From contig CAZDTP010000061.1 of NCBI GenBank assembly GCA_964508365.1, positions 1 to 20,521 on the forward strand: a stretch of 20,521 bases of DNA, written 5' to 3'. Below the pieces are notes generated by a model. It saw nothing but the letters and a program-made list of their open reading frames with translations, was not told the origin of the DNA and ran no database searches. The stretch comes from an uncultured archaeon. GTDB lineage: Archaea > Asgardarchaeota > Lokiarchaeia > Sigyniarchaeales > SOKP01. A program made the position numbers and the translations under genes. Of this stretch, positions 15,461 to 20,521 are shown one piece after another (the stretch's first letter is position 1; each line of letters begins with the position of its first letter).

Positions 15461-17296
15461 TTAGAACGCGATGAAATTTCGTCTCTTCACCATTTCAATG
15501 ATGTAATCATCGACTTTTAGATCGCTTCTTTTTCGTTTTACACTTCGAATGGTTTTTAGGAGTCGCGCTAAAACTAGGAATTCAAATTTAGTCCATTTCA
15601 TTGCGAACGGTTTCTTAGTAGGTTCAATGGTTTTGTAAGGAATGCGTTTATCCTTTGTAGATTTTTCCTTGTTATATAAGTATTTTTTAAATGGTTCTTC
15701 TTTAGGATACCGATTAAATGAATCCAATATGTTTTTGATTTTAAACTTCTTTGCTCGTTTCTCGATTATTTTTGATAAATATTTCATAATAGGAGTCGGC
15801 TCGCCAATTAAGCGTCTATATTTTTCGTCAGTTTTTCGAACTCTCCTCCTAACTACCCCATTTGGAGCAAAACGATCCATTGCTTCTATTGACGTCCACA
15901 AGATAGCGGCTTGATGCTTAAAAAATAGAGATTTATGGTCTCGCATAATGGGATTATCGGATTTTAAACAAAATTCATATCCATTCAAGGTTACATCTAA
16001 TTTACGAAGGATTGATGGTCCCCATGTTTTATAAAGCAAATCGTATCCGTATTCTGTTAAATTAAGGGTTTCATGTGTTTCTAAGTTAATATTTTCCTGA
16101 GAGCCACTCCAAAAATGGACATCTTCCCATGGAACATCTCTAACTCTATTTTGTTCCATCAATTTCTCGTATAATACAGTACCAGGGAAGGGGGACAACC
16201 GAGTTAGTTGTTGGAAAGTAGGATAACATGCGACGAAATAATTAAGGTCTTCATAGATGTTAGAATGATTGTGGAAGTCCCAACCGCAAATCCATGCACC
16301 TAGAGTCCTTATTCCCATTGAGTGGAGCTTATCGAAAACTTCGCGGGCATCTACTTCTTGTCGTTTAGTATATCCGTGTTCTCCTGCAAATTTTGATTCT
16401 ACTCCTATAAAAATTGCACCCACACCTATCTCAGCAATTGTTTCCCATCCATATTTCTTAGCAAAATTATAAATATTATCCACTGAACCAAAAGCGAGCC
16501 AATCTAAGGATTCAACTACTTTTGGACTAGATTCCCAATATTTTTTCGTTTCAAAGAGATATTCTGGATGACGAAAATGATCTTCTTCTATAGCAAATAT
16601 TAACCGAACATCAGGAAAATGCTTGTGGTAAAGGTAAATGTGAGACACAAATTCCTTTGGTGATAGCAATTCAATACGTTTAAAACCAAACATTTCTGTC
16701 GTAGAGCAAAAATCGCACCCTCCCGGGCAACCCAAACCAGTCACAACGAATCCCACATTACCAATTGGATATTTATTGATAAACCAAGGAGCACCACCAC
16801 ATTTTGGCATTAATTTTTGTTCGATTGGTTGGTCAGTGTCTTCTCCTAAAAATTCTCTAAGGAACTTTACACCTTCTCCTTTCACTACATAGTCAACATA
16901 TTTTTTTTGAGTCTTTTCGTCGTACTTGGCTTTAAAAGCTTGAGCAGCATAAGAGCCTAACATAATTGTTGTTTCTGGAGAGGTTTCGCGGATATATTGG
17001 CACATTTTCATAACATTGTCTAAATGTGGGGGGAAAGCGCTTATTCCTATGATGCTATAACCTTTATCAACTTCTTTTCTAAAATCTTTCCATCGGGGAT
17101 ATTCTAATAGCGTTGCGGGTCTACTGATATTTTGAGCTAAAATATGATTTGCATAACAGTGAGTGTGAGATATTAAAGTAAAAATATCATCTCCCTTTGT
17201 AAACCGTTGTCCTGTTGCATCCGTCAAAGAATCATTAGCTGGTAGAGTGGGATAAGGATAAGTAGGGGTTGTTAGTAAAATACGATTTTCGATCAT
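15461..17296 (-). CDS. Cobalamin (B12)-binding radical SAM protein
   Basis: CxxxCxxC motif GCPGGCDFC (16706-16729). N-terminal B12-binding-like IIGISAF...TTIMLGSY; later FIGVES and LSPFPGTVLYE radical SAM motifs. Confidence 0.9.
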   Translation of the reverse strand: MIENRILLTTPTYPYPTLPANDSLTDATGQRFTKGDDIFTLISHTHCYANHILAQNISRPATLLEYPRWKDFRKEVDKGYSIIGISAFPPHLDNVMKMCQYIRETSPETTIMLGSYAAQAFKAKYDEKTQKKYVDYVVKGEGVKFLREFLGEDTDQPIEQKLMPKCGGAPWFINKYPIGNVGFVVTGLGCPGGCDFCSTTEMFGFKRIELLSPKEFVSHIYLYHKHFPDVRLIFAIEEDHFRHPEYLFETKKYWESSPKVVESLDWLAFGSVDNIYNFAKKYGWETIAEIGVGAIFIGVESKFAGEHGYTKRQEVDAREVFDKLHSMGIRTLGAWICGWDFHNHSNIYEDLNYFVACYPTFQQLTRLSPFPGTVLYEKLMEQNRVRDVPWEDVHFWSGSQENINLETHETLNLTEYGYDLLYKTWGPSILRKLDVTLNGYEFCLKSDNPIMRDHKSLFFKHQAAILWTSIEAMDRFAPNGVVRRRVRKTDEKYRRLIGEPTPIMKYLSKIIEKRAKKFKIKNILDSFNRYPKEEPFKKYLYNKEKSTKDKRIPYKTIEPTKKPFAMKWTKFEFLVLARLLKTIRSVKRKRSDLKVDDYIIEMVKRRNFIAF

Positions 17297-17422
17297 TATT
17301 TTATATATTCTTCGTCATAGATATTTATATTTTATTTATTATCATCATTAAAATATGATATTATTCATCGAGAGCAATTATCAAGTTATTTCCCTTATTT
17401 AATTCCCGCAGATAATATAGAC

Positions 17423-17878
17423 ATGAGTAATAATATCCTAGATGCTTTATATGACAAAATTTTACCAGAAACAAAAGAATGTTATATCTCTAATCTGTTA
17501 GAAAATATTAAATTGGGTAAAGGGATATTGTTTATAGATGGTCTAAGTGGTAGCGACGATCCAAACGGTTTACTTAAAAAGTTATATGAATTCGCTCATT
17601 CCCATAATGCGCGAATGTTAATTACTTGTCTTCCAGTCATTCACGATTATATTGAAGATCTTTCTTTAGAAAAAGATAGATATAACATTTATGAGTTAAA
17701 CACATTCAAACCATCGTCTCTTTTTGAATGGATAGTATTAAATAAAAATGACTTCGATCAAACGCGTCATTTCCAAGCAAATCAAATTTATTTTGTTCTT
17801 AGTAAGATTATTAAAAAAAAAGAACAAAAGAGTGAGAAAATTCTTTTGCCTGTTCTAATGCAAAATTTCTCTATTTAA
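17423..17878 (+). CDS. Hypothetical protein
   Basis: 151-aa ORF abutting the GNAT gene (1 nt gap). No family recognised. Confidence 0.6.
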   Translation: MSNNILDALYDKILPETKECYISNLLENIKLGKGILFIDGLSGSDDPNGLLKKLYEFAHSHNARMLITCLPVIHDYIEDLSLEKDRYNIYELNTFKPSSLFEWIVLNKNDFDQTRHFQANQIYFVLSKIIKKKEQKSEKILLPVLMQNFSI

Positions 17879-17879
17879 T

Positions 17880-18545
17880 TTGTTTATTTTTAGAAAAATA
17901 ATAACTGATAAAAGTATAATAAAAACTTTTAACAGTCGTAGGATTATTTTTAATGGTTTAGATACTATGAATAGAATAAAAAAATTTTTTATTAGCATGT
18001 TTTCAGGTTTAGCAGAAAGGGATTCGAGCTTTATTCAAATGAGACTCAATGTAAAAAACATTACCTCCGAATTCGAAAGGAGTCTTAAAGATAAAATAGA
18101 ACATAATATCCTTCAAGCCGATGTTCGGGAAGCTACCAAAGAAGATATAGAATCTCTTATCTATCTACACGATCTTGCATGGCATTCAACACCTATGCCC
18201 TATCATCCGATGCAAAAAGATTCAATATTAAATATTCTAAACGATCCAAACATTACCATTTTGATAGCTAAAGTTAAAGGAGAAGATAGTGGTTTTTCTA
18301 TAATTAATTTTACCGGTGACAATAGGCAGATAGGAGTTATTGCAGGGATGGGAATTATCCCAGAACTTCAAAGAAAAGGATTAGGAACAATTTTAGGTTT
18401 GGCTACGTGGGATTATTTCAAAAAGAACGGAGTTTTAGAACTACACTGTAAAGTCTATAGAGAAAATAAAATTTCTTATAATTTCATAAAGGGATTACAC
18501 TTTGAGGAATACAATGATGACTATGTTCATTGGAAATTGTTATAA
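17880..18545 (+). CDS. GNAT-family N-acetyltransferase
   Basis: VREATKEDIESL and acetyl-CoA motif A GMGIIPELQRKGLGTIL, followed by VYRENKISYNFIKGLHF. The start may be ATG 17967. Confidence 0.85.
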   Translation: MFIFRKIITDKSIIKTFNSRRIIFNGLDTMNRIKKFFISMFSGLAERDSSFIQMRLNVKNITSEFERSLKDKIEHNILQADVREATKEDIESLIYLHDLAWHSTPMPYHPMQKDSILNILNDPNITILIAKVKGEDSGFSIINFTGDNRQIGVIAGMGIIPELQRKGLGTILGLATWDYFKKNGVLELHCKVYRENKISYNFIKGLHFEEYNDDYVHWKLL

Positions 18546-18555
18546 AATAAAAGAG

Positions 18556-19959
18556 TTATTGATATGTTATTGAAACATTAGATAGGTTTTTAATAGCGAT
18601 CTTCTTCTTTTTCCAAAGTTCCTCTCCTTTTTCAACCCATTGATCAAATTCAAGCACACTCGTAGGATAATTTTCATAATGCTTTTTAAGTTTCCCTGCA
18701 AGGCCATTTGCACTTATTAAACGCGAAATATGTTTTATCGTTAACTTACCTTTTATGATCCCCCAGATAAGTTTTCCAATGAATTTTATGAATTCACCAA
18801 AACTCATTTCTTCTTCGTATTCTTTATTAGGTTCTGGAATCTCATCATCTTCACCTGTTTGATATATTAATCCTTTTTTAAGGAAGTAATTCCATTCTTT
18901 CTCTTTAAAATTTAATATTCCTGAAAGTTGCATGTATAAACTTGCAAATTTTGCGCCCTGATCTTTAAAATATCTTGAATTAATATCCCAAAGGCGTTCT
19001 TTTGTGATATACCCATCGTTTTTGAGTTCTTTTCCAACTACATCAGCGGCAATCATACATAACATCCAGGTGGCAGTAACACCATGTCCAGAAAAGGGGT
19101 AAGTAATCGCAGCTGCATCTCCAATGCAGAGGAACCCATCACCAACTAAAGAATAAGGAGGTCTTCTGTAGGGAGTCATACCTTGTTCTTCCTTGATAAT
19201 CTCATAAGAAGGGAGGTTAGCTCTATTGAGAAAATCTTCGCGGGCTAATTTAGCGTTTTCGTATGATCCCGGGGATCCTACTCCTAATATTGCGTCATCT
19301 TTATGGTATGAAGGACCGAACCATAAAAGCCACCAATTATACCCCGTGTCGTTTACAGGGTGAGAAGACTTTGGATCAGTCCATTTAATATATTGTAAGA
19401 GAACATACATTACATCGTTAGGCCCTAACTTAAAAGTCTCAACGCCATAGTCCTCTGGTAAGGCTGTTCTTAAAACAGCGGTTTTACCGGAAGCATCTAT
19501 GATTACCCGTGCGTGAAATTCTTTTTCAATCCCATCTTTCTCTGCTAAAATCCCGATAATTCTTCCTTCTTGATATACTATTTTCTTAAATAAACAGGAA
19601 AATTCTAACTTCACGCCGTCTGCTTCTAGTACCTTGTACATCCTATTTAAAAAAGGTGTAAGTCGCACGATAGTTTGAAATGCTCTAATTTTAATTTCCG
19701 TTGTAAAATCAGGAGTTCCTACGATAGAAGTATCACGGATCTCAATGCAATCCGGTTCTCCGACTTTAAAAGGAGGAATACCAGCTTTTTCAATTCTATC
19801 TGTTTCGAAGTGAATAACATCCAACCTATTACCAACTTTTTCTCTCTTATCTTTTTCAATGGTAATAACGGAATACCCCTTTTTAGCGAGGAGCCAACTT
19901 AAATAAGTACCAGCAGTGCCAGCACCTACAACCAAGACATCACATTTTTCATTAGACAT
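18556..19959 (-). CDS. FAD-dependent oxidoreductase, geranylgeranyl reductase-like family
   Basis: DVLVVGAGTAG dinucleotide-binding motif, ARVIIDASG, and GDGFLCIGDAAAITYPFSGHGV. Confidence 0.88.
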   Translation of the reverse strand: MSNEKCDVLVVGAGTAGTYLSWLLAKKGYSVITIEKDKREKVGNRLDVIHFETDRIEKAGIPPFKVGEPDCIEIRDTSIVGTPDFTTEIKIRAFQTIVRLTPFLNRMYKVLEADGVKLEFSCLFKKIVYQEGRIIGILAEKDGIEKEFHARVIIDASGKTAVLRTALPEDYGVETFKLGPNDVMYVLLQYIKWTDPKSSHPVNDTGYNWWLLWFGPSYHKDDAILGVGSPGSYENAKLAREDFLNRANLPSYEIIKEEQGMTPYRRPPYSLVGDGFLCIGDAAAITYPFSGHGVTATWMLCMIAADVVGKELKNDGYITKERLWDINSRYFKDQGAKFASLYMQLSGILNFKEKEWNYFLKKGLIYQTGEDDEIPEPNKEYEEEMSFGEFIKFIGKLIWGIIKGKLTIKHISRLISANGLAGKLKKHYENYPTSVLEFDQWVEKGEELWKKKKIAIKNLSNVSITYQ

Positions 19960-20235
19960 TTAATCTCATCTTAAAGAAGCAATTTAACTTTAATTGATTC
20001 AAATTATTGTTAAAAGTTAAAATTTATCAAACAACATTGTGGAATATTTTTATGTGTTTAAAAATTGACTTTTAGTTTTATTTTTAATCACCCCCTCTAA
20101 ATAAAAATAATTTTAATTTATTTATGTTTGTAAAATGTTCTACGCGATTGTACAAAACGATGGAATTTAATAAACTTTAAAATGAATTAATAATATTCTT
20201 ATCATGAGTTTTAATACTTAACTTGTTGAGCTAAC

Positions 20236-20367
20236 ATGGATGGTAAAAACTCCCAAAAAGATGTTTGGTTAAGATATTGCGAAGAATGTGTAAAATCGAA
20301 AATCGACAAAAATGCCCCTAAAGAATATAAAGAAGAACCGGGGGAAACCACAGATACTAATTTATGA
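20236..20367 (+). CDS. Possible 43-aa CxxC peptide or decayed small zinc-finger gene
   Basis: MDGKNSQKDVWLRYCEECVKSKID... in a locally more GC-rich patch of an otherwise very AT-rich spacer. Confidence 0.25.
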   Translation: MDGKNSQKDVWLRYCEECVKSKIDKNAPKEYKEEPGETTDTNL

Positions 20368-20521
20368 AAAACATCTAATTTTTCTTATTTAAACCACTTT
20401 TAGTCCTATGTTTTAATATCAACACTGACCTATTTTAATAATCAAATATTTCTAAAATAAAAAAAGAAAAATTTCATTAAATCTAATTTAGTGAGAAAGA
20501 TTAAATTATGAACTCGAAAGA

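Noticed and set aside
15642-16472. Plus-strand ORFs 15642-15914 and 16269-16472
   Set aside because: Shadows of the B12-radical SAM gene.
19675-19902. Plus-strand 75-aa ORF
   Set aside because: Shadow of the GGR-family gene.
1-20521. CRISPR array, tRNA or rRNA genes
   Set aside because: No regularly spaced repeats with unique spacers, and no GC-rich cloverleaf- or rRNA-like stretch was seen by eye. A tRNAscan-SE/Infernal run would be the definitive check.

Overview
AT-rich archaeal DNA, most likely from an Asgard archaeon (Lokiarchaeia/Promethearchaeota-like). This is inferred from a profilin-like gene, a Rag/Gtr-like GTPase, an SDS22-like LRR protein, an archaeal-type DRG GTPase and a geranylgeranyl-reductase-family enzyme. 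Left part (1-3571): a 5'-incomplete HTH-repeat/LAGLIDADG protein, an LRR protein and a Rag-like GTPase. Middle part (3563-9530): a rearranged patch holding a minimal sufC-sufB (SMS-type) Fe-S pair, a wHTH protein and a vapBC pair. It also carries several gene remnants: an alpha/beta-hydrolase and a yihQ-like GH31 sulfoquinovosidase fragment (both absent from the ORF track), plus a core-deleted redoxin and a truncated alaX. An exact 344-bp duplication (3563-3906 = 7043-7386) lies in the same patch. Right part: DRG GTPase, a profilin-like protein with an extra C-terminal domain coupled to a 459-aa unknown gene, two methyltransferases, a DUF973-like zinc-ribbon membrane protein, a B12-radical SAM enzyme, a GNAT and a GGR-family flavoprotein. 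I found no rRNA, tRNA, CRISPR array or transposase. No complete new system can be proven from sequence alone. The best leads are the extended-profilin two-gene unit, the tandem-HTH LAGLIDADG protein, the sulfoquinovosidase relic, and a 33-bp motif recurring at 3583, 7063 and 13012. All family calls come from motif recognition and recalled sequences, not database searches.
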